A stretch of DNA of 61,879 bases from a virus. Taxonomy: Duplodnaviria > Caudoviricetes. The stretch covers positions 1-61,879 of the IMG/VR virus record IMGVR_UViG_3300046115_000122, one strand, 5' to 3'. Of this stretch, positions 16,607-25,513 are shown piece by piece. Made by a program: the position numbers and the translations under genes. The first letter of the stretch is position 1; every line of letters begins with the position of its first letter. The notes under the pieces are model-generated. The model saw only the letters and a program-made list of their open reading frames with translations, had not been told where the DNA came from and did not search any database.

Positions 16607-16867
16607 ATGACCAAACGAAAGCGAGATGCGGTGCGGGGTGGGTATCGCGAAGGGGCGGGCCGGAAGTCGTTGTTTCCCGGGAAGTGGGAAAACGGCGGGC
16701 CCGCACCAGGCGCGGGGTGCGTGAAGACAGTGCTGGGGCGACCGTCGTTCGAGGCGCTCCACGCCAAGCAGGAGGAGCTCTCGGCTCGGGAAGGTCGGCC
16801 GGTGACGATGAGCGACACGGTCGAGTGGTGTATTCGGAAGGCGACACGGACGCCGATGGACGCGTGA
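16607..16867 (+). CDS. Small putative DNA-binding regulator (RGGxRxGAGRK motif, RHH-like helices)
   Basis: RGGYREGAGRK, then helices SFEALHAKQEEL / TMSDTVEWCI. Confidence 0.65.
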   Translation: MTKRKRDAVRGGYREGAGRKSLFPGKWENGGPAPGAGCVKTVLGRPSFEALHAKQEELSAREGRPVTMSDTVEWCIRKATRTPMDA

Positions 16868-16879
16868 CTGTCTTCCCTC

Positions 16880-16934
16880 TTGACCGGGCTGGCCGGTCTG
16901 ATAGGATCACGTTATGGAACTTACCAACAATCAA
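16880..16934 (+). promoter_or_regulatory. Early promoter cassette, copy 4
   Basis: TTGACC 16880-85, 16 bp, TAGGAT 16902-07, ATGGAACTTACCAACAATCAA from 16914. Confidence 0.85.
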
Positions 16935-17354
16935 CAGAAGCCGCCCGTGTATAGCTTCGGCTATCAGGGTCAGGCGGTGGAGCCGTTCGCGCGGCGCGTC
17001 GTCGAGCTGGGCGCCACCGTCATCGACACTCGGCTGAAGCCGTACAGCCGGAACCCCACCTGGAACAAGTCGAGGCTCCAGGCCGTGCTGGGCGACCGCT
17101 ACGTGTGGGTCGAGGCATTGGGCAACCTGAACTACAAGGGCGGGCCGACGGTCATCAAGGACCTCGAGCACGGGCTCGCGAACGTCCGCACGCGCCTGGC
17201 GGCAGGGCCGGTCGTCCTCATCTGCGTCTGCGCAGACGTGACGGACTGTCACCGGAACGTCACGCTGGCCGCGCTGCGGTCGGAGGGGTTTCTCACGATC
17301 GAGTGGGCGGCCATCACCACGCCAGCGACCAAGAAGGCGCCGGCGCTGTTCTGA
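16914..17354 (+). CDS. DUF488 family protein (predicted leaderless)
   Basis: YSFGYQG, VIDTRLKPYSR, YVWVEALGN, LICVC.D...CHR. Confidence 0.8.
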   Translation: MELTNNQQKPPVYSFGYQGQAVEPFARRVVELGATVIDTRLKPYSRNPTWNKSRLQAVLGDRYVWVEALGNLNYKGGPTVIKDLEHGLANVRTRLAAGPVVLICVCADVTDCHRNVTLAALRSEGFLTIEWAAITTPATKKAPALF

Positions 17355-17374
17355 GGGACGACGTGCTGCCAGAC

Positions 17375-17554
17375 ATGGTCTACGTCCTCCTCGACAACCG
17401 AGGCGAGGAATGCGGCGGATTCGTCGGCGTCTACCGCACGCTGGAAGGCGCGCAGAAGTACGTCGCCACCCACTACCCGAGTGAGGCCAAATGGAAGGCC
17501 TGGCCCGAGCGCGAGCGAGAAGTTGCTGCGCGTCTTCGTAAAGCGTCTCTGTGA
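17375..17554 (+). CDS. Hypothetical protein, 3' end probably replaced by insert DNA
   Basis: MVYVLL...VGVY.TLEGA; its last codons overlap the antisense insert. Confidence 0.5.
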   Translation: MVYVLLDNRGEECGGFVGVYRTLEGAQKYVATHYPSEAKWKAWPEREREVAARLRKASL

Positions 17555-17984
17555 ACCGACGACCGCGATCATCGAACAGTGCGGTGTAGTCATCCTCGGT
17601 CGGTAAGAGAGAGCCGGTCCCAATCAGTTCATGGAAGTACGGGAACGCATCGTCGTCTTCACCCGAGCGATGCAACCCGTAGGCGCACAGCCATACCACT
17701 CGCTCCGTCTGGTCGTACCACGTCGCACCCCGGTGATCATGCCCATGACCCAGACGGTACGCTGTCAGTTCCCCGGCGGCAGGACCGACGGTGCGAGTTC
17801 CAATAGGCTCATCGGCACGCTGATTTTCGAATGCTCGAACGATCGGGTGGGAACGGCATTGGTCGAACGGCGCGCTCGCCTGGAATCCGAGATCGGAAAC
17901 TAGACACCGCCGCGTGATTCTGAGGTCGTACTTTTCGCAGATGCACGAACCACGATGGCATCGATGAGGCAATCGACTGTTCAC
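17490..17984 (-). pseudogene. Apparently 3'-truncated gene of the foreign insert (RelE-like or hypothetical)
   Basis: Protein-like YRLGHGHDHRGATWYD..VVWLCAYGLHRSG..DD until about 17495, then runs into antisense phage sequence. Confidence 0.45.
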
Positions 17985-18015
17985 AGCGCGCTCGGCGTGA
18001 CCTCACGTCCATGGA

Positions 18016-18891
18016 CTAGCGCTTGATTCGCGAAGCCGCCTGTTTGGCGCGCTCACGGTTGTGGCGATTCGCGTAGGCCGCCAGTCCTTCCTGATCGTTC
18101 TCTTTGAGCATGCGTCGGACCTCCTTCGAGTCCACGTCAAGGACATCGCGATGTCGGTCCAAAAATTCTCGCCAAGCTCTCAGCAGAACTTCGCCCGGGT
18201 TAGAGCCCTGGACGGTCGCAACTGCTCGAATGGCCTCGCGAATGTCCTCCGGTATCGTGAACTCTTCGGTTGAGGTGGACACCGGCTGGGTGTCAGTTAT
18301 CGTCGCGGCGACGCTCTGCTCTGCGGCCGAGAGGAGGTCTACGTACGCGTCGCCCTCACGCCGGGATCTGGCGACTCGATGGACATACCCCTTTCTCGCC
18401 AGCGCGCTGAGACGATTGACGGCGGCGTTCACTTCGATCCCGGCGAGATCTGCGACTCCGGAGCTCGTGACCTCGCCACCAGCGCTGCGGATCAGGCCGT
18501 ACGTCTCCATTTCGGCAGTCGTCAGCGCCCCGACCGGTCGCGCGTCGCTCAGCGGCGAATCCGGGGAGCGCGAAAGAAAGATCGGAAGCTCGTGTTTCTG
18601 AGCCAACGCTTCCAAAAACGCCACGGTCCCGTCGTCCGATGACACGACCACTAAGGCCGCGGATCCGTACACTCCGCCACGGATTGCTTGCCCAATTGGA
18701 ACAATCATCTCCATTAGTGCGCCAGGCGAGAAGAATCCTCCCTCCAGGTTGATGCAGAAGACGCGCTCCCAATCCGTGGCAGTAGGAGGGAACTCTCGGT
18801 CGCGATATTGCGCCATTTGGTGCCGGTCAGGGTAGACCGCTGTCGGCGGCCGCGACTTCCGATATTCAACCGGTTTTTCCAAAACGCTCAT
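18016..18891 (-). CDS. Regulator-like protein: STAS-like region + winged HTH + helical C-terminus
   Basis: LTTAEMETYGLI..VTSSGVADLAGIEVNAAVNRLSALARKGYVHR. Confidence 0.75.
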   Translation of the reverse strand: MSVLEKPVEYRKSRPPTAVYPDRHQMAQYRDREFPPTATDWERVFCINLEGGFFSPGALMEMIVPIGQAIRGGVYGSAALVVVSSDDGTVAFLEALAQKHELPIFLSRSPDSPLSDARPVGALTTAEMETYGLIRSAGGEVTSSGVADLAGIEVNAAVNRLSALARKGYVHRVARSRREGDAYVDLLSAAEQSVAATITDTQPVSTSTEEFTIPEDIREAIRAVATVQGSNPGEVLLRAWREFLDRHRDVLDVDSKEVRRMLKENDQEGLAAYANRHNRERAKQAASRIKR

Positions 18892-19190
18892 GCCGGGCAG
18901 CATAGCAGCGAATGACCGCGAGGCGTTGGTACGGGCCGGTTTTGGCAGTTTTATGATGCAGCTCCGCGCGCGAGGGCATCGACAGCATCGACCGGACCTC
19001 TTGACGCGGCGTGTTACACTGGCCGCGCTCGTCCCCCACGAGCACCGCATTTCCACAGCCAACCCCACCCCGAACGGCGACGCCAGTAGTCCGCCGGTAG
19101 CTCAGGCTGGATAGAGCACCGCGATTCTTTCGCGGAGGTCGGACGTTCAAATCGTCCCCGGTGGTCCACCGCGGCGTGTGCGTCAGTGCT

Positions 19191-20636
19191 ATGGCGCTTG
19201 GGTTCAATTCGCCGGAAATCCTGTTCCTGAACACTTGGGACGAGCCCGAGCGGAACTATCTCTACCCGATTTTTCAGAAGCTGCGGCAGCGTGGCTACAC
19301 GCGGTTTGTGGAGCCGTGCGCCGGCGCGTTCGTGATGCCGTCGATCGCGGTCGAAGGTGGGTGGCCGCGCGCGCAGATGCTCATGTCGGACGTCTCGCTC
19401 TTTTCCTCGCTCATGGGCTACACGTTCATGGGCAAGCCGTTGGACGATCTGGAGATCCGCGTCGACGGGGAGCCGATTGCGATGGCAGACGGGGTCACCG
19501 TCGCCCGCCAGGCGGCGACGGTGCTCTATCGCCAGTTGGTTCTGCGCATGGATCGCCGGCCGGAGCTGCCGTACTGGGATGAACTGCGCCACGACCTCAG
19601 CGAGCGCGAGGCTGCGCACATCGCAGACATCGAGCGCCACATCCTACGCCTGGACGAGCGAATGCACGGCGTGCAGTACGTGCCGAAGGACATCTGGCAG
19701 CACGTCGAGGACGTGGCCGACGACCCGCACACGGTCATCTCGGTCAACCCGCCGACGTACAAGGGCGGCTTCGAAAAGTTCTACGACACGGGTGGCCGCC
19801 TGACCTGGAAAGAACCGGCCTACGACGTGTTCGACGCCCAGGTCGACGTCTACCGGTTGCTCGAGCAAATGCAAGGCCGTGCCGCGCTCATCCTCTGCCA
19901 GCAGCAGCAGGAACCAGGCAAGGCGGGTCACTGGCCGGTGTACGCCCGCCACCTGTCGCTCGGCCAGTACGTCTACGTCTGCGCAAATCGTCCGACCGAG
20001 GTCCTGGAACTCGCTGGTGGGATGAAAGTGATGCCGTTGAAGGGCAAGGACATCCAGCGGTTGGACGTGCCGACGATTCCGAAGGACCACGAGATCACCG
20101 CCGCCTCGACTCTCACGGTTATGGCGGTCACCGACAAGGAAGCGACGTACTACCGTGACCTGTGGATGCACAAGCTCGACTACCGGTCAGCAGGCTACTA
20201 CGTGGCGGTTGTGCTCGACGGGTTCCTGGCCGGAATGATTGGCTACGACGCCGCGCCGATCTACCGCCCGTACCCGGGCGCCGGCGACAACGTCAAGGGC
20301 GCGCTGCTTCTCACCTTCGCGGTGGGTGCCCCGCACACGCGGCGGTTGACCCGCCTGACGACGATGGTCGCTCTGTCTAAGGACACTCTCACGAAAGTGC
20401 TCCGACCCGACCTGGCGGTGCTCATCGAGCGAATCATCACCGTCGAGTTGACGAAGTACCCGGAAGCGAAGGGCCTCCGCGGGCTGATGACGCTCATGCG
20501 ACGCCCCGACCCGAAGTACGGCAACCGGCTCGTGTACGGCACCGCGGCGACGACCCAGGCCCTGACCGCGATTCCCGGGATCTGGCGCCGCAAAGAGGAC
20601 GCATGGCAGAAGGAACGACAGAAGCAGCTGGTTTGA
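19191..20636 (+). CDS. Amino-methyltransferase-like protein (NPPTY variant) with an extra C-terminal domain
   Basis: FVEPCAG (motif I-like), MSDVS, SVNPPTY (motif IV-like). Confidence 0.7.
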   Translation: MALGFNSPEILFLNTWDEPERNYLYPIFQKLRQRGYTRFVEPCAGAFVMPSIAVEGGWPRAQMLMSDVSLFSSLMGYTFMGKPLDDLEIRVDGEPIAMADGVTVARQAATVLYRQLVLRMDRRPELPYWDELRHDLSEREAAHIADIERHILRLDERMHGVQYVPKDIWQHVEDVADDPHTVISVNPPTYKGGFEKFYDTGGRLTWKEPAYDVFDAQVDVYRLLEQMQGRAALILCQQQQEPGKAGHWPVYARHLSLGQYVYVCANRPTEVLELAGGMKVMPLKGKDIQRLDVPTIPKDHEITAASTLTVMAVTDKEATYYRDLWMHKLDYRSAGYYVAVVLDGFLAGMIGYDAAPIYRPYPGAGDNVKGALLLTFAVGAPHTRRLTRLTTMVALSKDTLTKVLRPDLAVLIERIITVELTKYPEAKGLRGLMTLMRRPDPKYGNRLVYGTAATTQALTAIPGIWRRKEDAWQKERQKQLV

Positions 20637-21544
20637 ACGTCGCGCTCGAAGGCGGGCTGTTCATCAGGACCGTCGACATCGCCGACCTGAAAGAGCAAGA
20701 CGTGAATGCTCACGTGATGCCGCCGGCGATGTTCGAACGCCTGGTGGAGAACATCCGCATCACGGGACGGATGGAGTCGCTGCCGTTCTGCGCGCAGCCG
20801 AAGGGCTCGGGCCCCGTCGAGATCGTCTCCGGCCACCACCGTGTTCGCGCCGCGCGCAAGGCCGGGCTCACGCGCGTGGACGTCCTCGTCGACACCGCCG
20901 ATCTGACACGGTCGCAGATCGTCGCCAAGCAGCTGGCGCACAACGCCTTGGTCGGCTTCGACGACCGCGATCTCGTCAAGCAGTTGCTCGCCATGGTCAC
21001 GAACGTGGACGACCTGCTCGAAAGCGGCCTGAACGCGGACCTGCTGCCGACGCCCGACAAGTTCAAGGTCACGCTGTTCACGCCGCACGCCGACTATAAG
21101 TGGAAGACCGCCACGTTCGTGTTCCTGTCGCACCAGCTCGACAAGTTCGAGGAGCTCGTGAAGTCGCTGAAGTCCGAGGCCAAGACGGTCTGCGTCGCGT
21201 GCGAGGGTCAGTTCGAACCGTTCATGAAGGCGGTCGCGGCGTTCGCCAGGGAACGGAACATCCTGAGCGCCGCCTCCGCCGTCGCCACGCTCACCGACCT
21301 GGCGCTCGAGCAGGCGCGGGAACTCGCCGAGCAGCGCGAGGCCGCCGAGGGTGGGGAGAACAAGCCCGTCAAGGTCTCAGGTCCGCTGCTGTCGCAGCTC
21401 TTCGGGACGTCACGGATTCCGGAGGACGCGGCGGAGGTCATCCGGGCGGCGATCGACAAGATGGTCGAGAACCACGACCTGGACAAGAAGTCGAAGTGGT
21501 TGGCCCTCGAACGGTGGGCCGCAGATTACCTGGCTGGCGCCTGA
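20603..21544 (+). CDS. ParB/Srx N-terminal domain protein
   Basis: EQDVNAHVM..FERLVENI, IVSGHHRVRAA, HNALVG. Confidence 0.85.
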   Translation: MAEGTTEAAGLNVALEGGLFIRTVDIADLKEQDVNAHVMPPAMFERLVENIRITGRMESLPFCAQPKGSGPVEIVSGHHRVRAARKAGLTRVDVLVDTADLTRSQIVAKQLAHNALVGFDDRDLVKQLLAMVTNVDDLLESGLNADLLPTPDKFKVTLFTPHADYKWKTATFVFLSHQLDKFEELVKSLKSEAKTVCVACEGQFEPFMKAVAAFARERNILSAASAVATLTDLALEQARELAEQREAAEGGENKPVKVSGPLLSQLFGTSRIPEDAAEVIRAAIDKMVENHDLDKKSKWLALERWAADYLAGA

Positions 21545-21768
21545 TGATGGACCGACGCACGTTTCTCGCCTCGCTCGTCACCGTGGTGGTCGCGCCGGTC
21601 CTGCCAGCGCCGCCACCAGTCGGGCTGTCGCGTTCCGTCATGAAGTTTCGCGCGCACGCGTTTCGGATGCTGTGGCAAGGCGAGAACGTCGTGCCACTCG
21701 ACCGCTTCGACGTGCTCTGGGGCTTCAAGACCGTCCGGCCGGAGTTGGCCTGTCGGATTGAGGGGTAA
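21544..21768 (+). CDS. Twin-arginine-signal mini-protein ending in a capsid C-terminal-like peptide
   Basis: MDRRTFLASLVTVVVAP...RFDVLWGFKTVRPELACRIEG versus capsid RFSYDLLFGAKTVRPELGTRIAG. Confidence 0.7.
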   Translation: MMDRRTFLASLVTVVVAPVLPAPPPVGLSRSVMKFRAHAFRMLWQGENVVPLDRFDVLWGFKTVRPELACRIEG

Positions 21769-21772
21769 TCCG

Positions 21773-22282
21773 ATGGGCCGCCGGAATGGACGCCCGTCGA
21801 AGCTCACGCCAGACGTGCAGGACACGATCTGCCAGCACATCGAGCTGGGGCAGTTCCAGCACATCGCGGCGGCGCTGGCCGGCATCTCGGATGAGACGTT
21901 CTGGCGGTGGATGCGCCAGGGCGAGGATGTCGTCGAAGAGGGCACCGGGCGCGTTCTCCAGGTCGCCCCGAAACGGTTCCGCCTGTTCCGCGCGGCCGTG
22001 CTGCAGGCCCGCACCAAGTGCGAGGCCGCGATGGTGGTCAACGTCCGGCTCGCGGCGCAGAACGGCGACTGGAAAGCCGCGGCGTTCTGGCTCGAACGCG
22101 TCTTCCCCGAACGGTGGGGACGGCGCACGCGGTTGGAGCACGTCGGCGAGGGTGGGGGCCCAGTGAAAGCGGAGGTCGCGGTCGATTTCGACCGATTGTT
22201 CAGCGAATTGAGTAGTGACGAACGCGCTGTTGTCAGAACCATCCTGGAGCGCCGCGCTCTCCAATCCGGCCCGAGCGCTTGA
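21773..22282 (+). CDS. terS: Terminase small subunit
   Basis: GRPSKLTP, AAALAGIS..TF..W, DWKAAAFWLER..P..WG; directly precedes TerL. Confidence 0.85.
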   Translation: MGRRNGRPSKLTPDVQDTICQHIELGQFQHIAAALAGISDETFWRWMRQGEDVVEEGTGRVLQVAPKRFRLFRAAVLQARTKCEAAMVVNVRLAAQNGDWKAAAFWLERVFPERWGRRTRLEHVGEGGGPVKAEVAVDFDRLFSELSSDERAVVRTILERRALQSGPSA

Positions 22283-23864
22283 CGCGCTCGACCGGTGGGA
22301 GTCCGAGCAGTCGCTGATCTCGTTCATTGAACGAGGGTGGCACACGCTTGAGCCGCCGACGCGGCCGTTCGTACGGAGCCGGGCCATCGACCGCATCTGC
22401 GAGCACCTGGAAGCGGTGCACACCGGCCAGATCACCCGCCTGTTGATGAACGTCCCGCCTGGCTGCACGAAGTCGATGACGACGAACGTGTTCATGCCGG
22501 CGTGGATTTGGGGCCCGCAGCGGCGGCCAGACCGTCGATTCATCTCGTGGTCGTATGCGGAAAACCTCACGCTTCGCGACAACCGGCGGTGCCGCAATCT
22601 CATCACGTCAGCCTGGTACCAGCGGCTGTGGTCTGACCGCTTTTGCCTGTCCGACGACCAGAATCAGAAAGTCAAGTTCGAGAACGACCATCGGGGCTGG
22701 AAGTTCGCGACCTCGGTCGGCGGCGTGGGCACCGGCGAGCGCGGCGACATCCTGATCGTCGACGACCCGCACAACGTCCTCGAGGCCGAGTCGGCGCTCG
22801 TGCGCAAGAACGCGCTGCAGTGGTTCGCCGAGGTGCTGCCGACACGTCTCAACGACCCGTCGTCCAGCGCGATTGTCGTGATTATGCAGCGCGTGCACGA
22901 AGAGGACGTCAGCGGGCTCATCCTGGCGCACGAGCTGGGCTACGAGCATCTGATGCTGCCGATGCGCTTCGAGGAAGAGCGTCGGTCGTTCACCGTCGTA
23001 CCCAACGGGAACCAGCCGCGACAGCAGATGCGGTACCTGGTCGCGGAGCAGCGGTGGGTGCCGGAGCAGTGGCAACCAGACCCGGCGAAGGACCCAGCCG
23101 AATCACACGCATCGCTGATTGAGCAGCACGCCAAGGCCCCGACGCGCGAGGTCTACGCGCAGGACGTGCGCACCGCCGAGGGAGAACTACTCGACATAGA
23201 GCGCTTCCCGCAGGAGGTAGTCGACCGCGACGAAAAGGTGCTCTCGTCCGTCGGCGGCTCGTACGCGGTCGCGGGTCAGATGCAGCAGCGGCCGACGGCG
23301 CGCGGCGGCGGCATGTTCCTGCGCGAGTGGTTCACGATCGTGGACGCCGCGCCGGTGGACGGCAAACGGGTGCGCTACTGGGACAAGGCGGGCACCGAAG
23401 GCGGAGGCGACTGGACCGCCGGCGTCAGGATCGTGAAGACGCCAGAGGGCAAGTACTACGTCGAAGACGTCGTTAAAGGGCAGTGGTCGAGCGGAACGCG
23501 AAACAAGAACATCAAGCTGACCGCCGAATTGGACACGTGGTCGGTCGCCGTCTGGGTCGAGCAGGAACCCGGCAGCGGCGGCAAGGAGAGCGCGGAATTC
23601 TCGCTGCAGGACCTCGCTGGCTACGACGTCCACAAGGAGCCGGTGTCGGGCGACAAGGAGACACGCGCGCGCCCGTTCGCGGCGCAGTGCGAAGCCGGGA
23701 ACGTGTACCTGGTGAAGGCACGCTGGAACAAAGAGTTCATCGACGAGTTGTGCGGCTTCCCGATGGGGAAGCACGACGACCAAGTGGACGGGGCGTCGGG
23801 CGCGTTCAACAAGCTCGCGCTCGGACCGACCGGCTTCCGGATTCAGAAGCTCGAGGGGTTCTGA
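22215..23864 (+). CDS. terL: Terminase large subunit
   Basis: NVPPGCTKS, LIVDDPH, VIMQRVHEED, RYWDKA, HDDQVD. Confidence 0.95.
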   Translation: MTNALLSEPSWSAALSNPARALDALDRWESEQSLISFIERGWHTLEPPTRPFVRSRAIDRICEHLEAVHTGQITRLLMNVPPGCTKSMTTNVFMPAWIWGPQRRPDRRFISWSYAENLTLRDNRRCRNLITSAWYQRLWSDRFCLSDDQNQKVKFENDHRGWKFATSVGGVGTGERGDILIVDDPHNVLEAESALVRKNALQWFAEVLPTRLNDPSSSAIVVIMQRVHEEDVSGLILAHELGYEHLMLPMRFEEERRSFTVVPNGNQPRQQMRYLVAEQRWVPEQWQPDPAKDPAESHASLIEQHAKAPTREVYAQDVRTAEGELLDIERFPQEVVDRDEKVLSSVGGSYAVAGQMQQRPTARGGGMFLREWFTIVDAAPVDGKRVRYWDKAGTEGGGDWTAGVRIVKTPEGKYYVEDVVKGQWSSGTRNKNIKLTAELDTWSVAVWVEQEPGSGGKESAEFSLQDLAGYDVHKEPVSGDKETRARPFAAQCEAGNVYLVKARWNKEFIDELCGFPMGKHDDQVDGASGAFNKLALGPTGFRIQKLEGF

Positions 23865-24136
23865 TGGACCACCAACACGACAGATGGACCAACACGGCAC
23901 TCGACGGCAAGCTGGACGCGAAGCTCCAGGGCCTCGACCCGTTAGGGCCAGGCACCACGCAGTCCAAGAACTGGCGAGTGTGCTCGAACGCGAAGTGCAA
24001 GGACGTGTTCTGGGACGCGCGCTACACGCTCTGCCCGTCCTGCCGGTACATCGGGCAGGTCGGGTTCTACATGGGCGCGGTGCTCGCCGGGGCCTGCTAC
24101 GTCCTATGGCAGGTGGTGCAGTGGCTCGCCCGGTGA
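23864..24136 (+). CDS. Small Cys-containing membrane protein
   Basis: CSNAKC / CPSC plus C-terminal hydrophobic helix. Confidence 0.6.
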   Translation: MDHQHDRWTNTALDGKLDAKLQGLDPLGPGTTQSKNWRVCSNAKCKDVFWDARYTLCPSCRYIGQVGFYMGAVLAGACYVLWQVVQWLAR

Positions 24137-24609
24137 TGCTGAACCTCACGCGTCTGTCGATGGAGGCGATGGCTCTCCTGCGCCAGGAGCTCGTTAGGAG
24201 CACGACCTACGTCGGCTGCCGGTATTGCGGCCACACGCGGTCACCGCAGGCGAACTGTCCAGGCTGCGGTGCGCCGTTGCCGAGCACGCGTGCCTTGACG
24301 CTTCCGTTTCCGCGCGTGACCAAGGGGAACGTGAACGTGTGGTGGACTGTCAGCGTGCTGCACGCGCCCGACCTGCTCGAGGGTGAGAAGCCGAAGCTCG
24401 CCGCGGGCATGCACGCGCTGGCGATGGAGGTCGCGAAGCTGAAAGGAATTATGGAGGTGCCATCGCCTATCGGGCCAATGCAGACGTGGATGCGCGTCGA
24501 CGACCCGCAGACAGGCGTGTCGATGCGGTGTCGCCCTGAGTTGCCAGGAATTGAGCAGGAATTCGAGGGTCCGGTGATCTACGAGTTCAGCGTAGTAGGC
24601 GCGCGATGA
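24136..24609 (+). CDS. Hypothetical protein with Zn ribbon and capsid-like segments
   Basis: CRYCG..CPGCG; RVDDPQTGVSMR versus capsid AVDPVSGLTLR. Confidence 0.55.
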   Translation: MLNLTRLSMEAMALLRQELVRSTTYVGCRYCGHTRSPQANCPGCGAPLPSTRALTLPFPRVTKGNVNVWWTVSVLHAPDLLEGEKPKLAAGMHALAMEVAKLKGIMEVPSPIGPMQTWMRVDDPQTGVSMRCRPELPGIEQEFEGPVIYEFSVVGAR

Positions 24610-24863
24610 GTTTCATCGTGCAGGTCTACGTGGGGCCGTGCGAGCCGATTGGGCTTGAGGCCACGGACTGGCAGCGGCCGAAGCCAAAAACGTTCGAGGT
24701 GCGTCAGGTGTTCAGCGTAGCAGGGACGCGATGAAGTTGACGGCCGGTCGTGAGGTCGAGAACCGTCCGCTGGGAACGCAGGCTGCCCCGTCTGTGAGGC
24801 TGGTGTCTTGGCCCGCGGCCGGTCCGTCAGCGCGCATTGTAGCAGGTTGAGTCGAGGCGACGC

Positions 24864-25331
24864 ATGTTGAAGCTTAAGACGCGGAGTCAACTCGTGGCCG
24901 AGGTCCTCGCCCGTTCGTTGGGTAAGCGCGTCGTGCAGGCTGAACCGACCGCGACCGCGACCCCGACCGACGCGCTCGGCCGCCCGCTTGTCTACGCGCC
25001 GGACCTGCCGCGCAAGTCGCGCAACACGGTCCTCCCTGTTGGCCACCAGTGGAACGGCGCCGACGTGCGCGCCGGCGGGAAGGCGATGGGGCGTCGCATC
25101 GCCCAGATGCAGGCGCGCGGCCTCCGACACTGCGACATCGGTCAGCACTGGGTCCGGATCGCGGAGACGCGGATCCTCGGACAGAAGGTCTCGTGCTTCG
25201 ACTGCATTCCGGAAACGGTCGCAGACGTCGAGGCGCGCACGCACGCCGACGCCGACAATGCGCGCCTGGATACGCGCGCGATGAGCGACCCGGTCGAGAA
25301 CCATTTCGAGGTTCAGGAGATCGACGAATGA
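24864..25331 (+). CDS. Hypothetical protein
   Basis: ORF in the gene chain. Confidence 0.6.
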   Translation: MLKLKTRSQLVAEVLARSLGKRVVQAEPTATATPTDALGRPLVYAPDLPRKSRNTVLPVGHQWNGADVRAGGKAMGRRIAQMQARGLRHCDIGQHWVRIAETRILGQKVSCFDCIPETVADVEARTHADADNARLDTRAMSDPVENHFEVQEIDE

Positions 25332-25513
25332 AAGAGCACACTAAAGTCGTCTGCCCCGCGTGTCGAGGAGTGATCACCCAGTGCCGCTGCTTCGAACCGG
25401 ACAAGGCGATCGTGGTGTCACAGGCCCTCTGCGACACATGCCAAAAGAAGAGATCCGGAGAGTCGAGCGCAACGGACGTCGGCTCGGACATTCCTGGCGG
25501 CGGTGCTGCGTGA
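25328..25513 (+). CDS. Small Cys-rich protein
   Basis: AGGAG RBS; CPAC..QCRC..CDTC. Confidence 0.6.
   Translation: MKEHTKVVCPACRGVITQCRCFEPDKAIVVSQALCDTCQKKRSGESSATDVGSDIPGGGAA

Noticed and set aside
16434-17489. 3' part of the 516-aa minus-strand ORF
   Set aside because: Arg/Pro-rich shadow of the DUF488 and regulator genes; only 17490-17984 looks coding.
18996-19020. ACCTCTTGACG...TACACT resembling a fifth early cassette
   Set aside because: Only 8 bp between the hexamers, and no ATG or AACAATCAA box follows.
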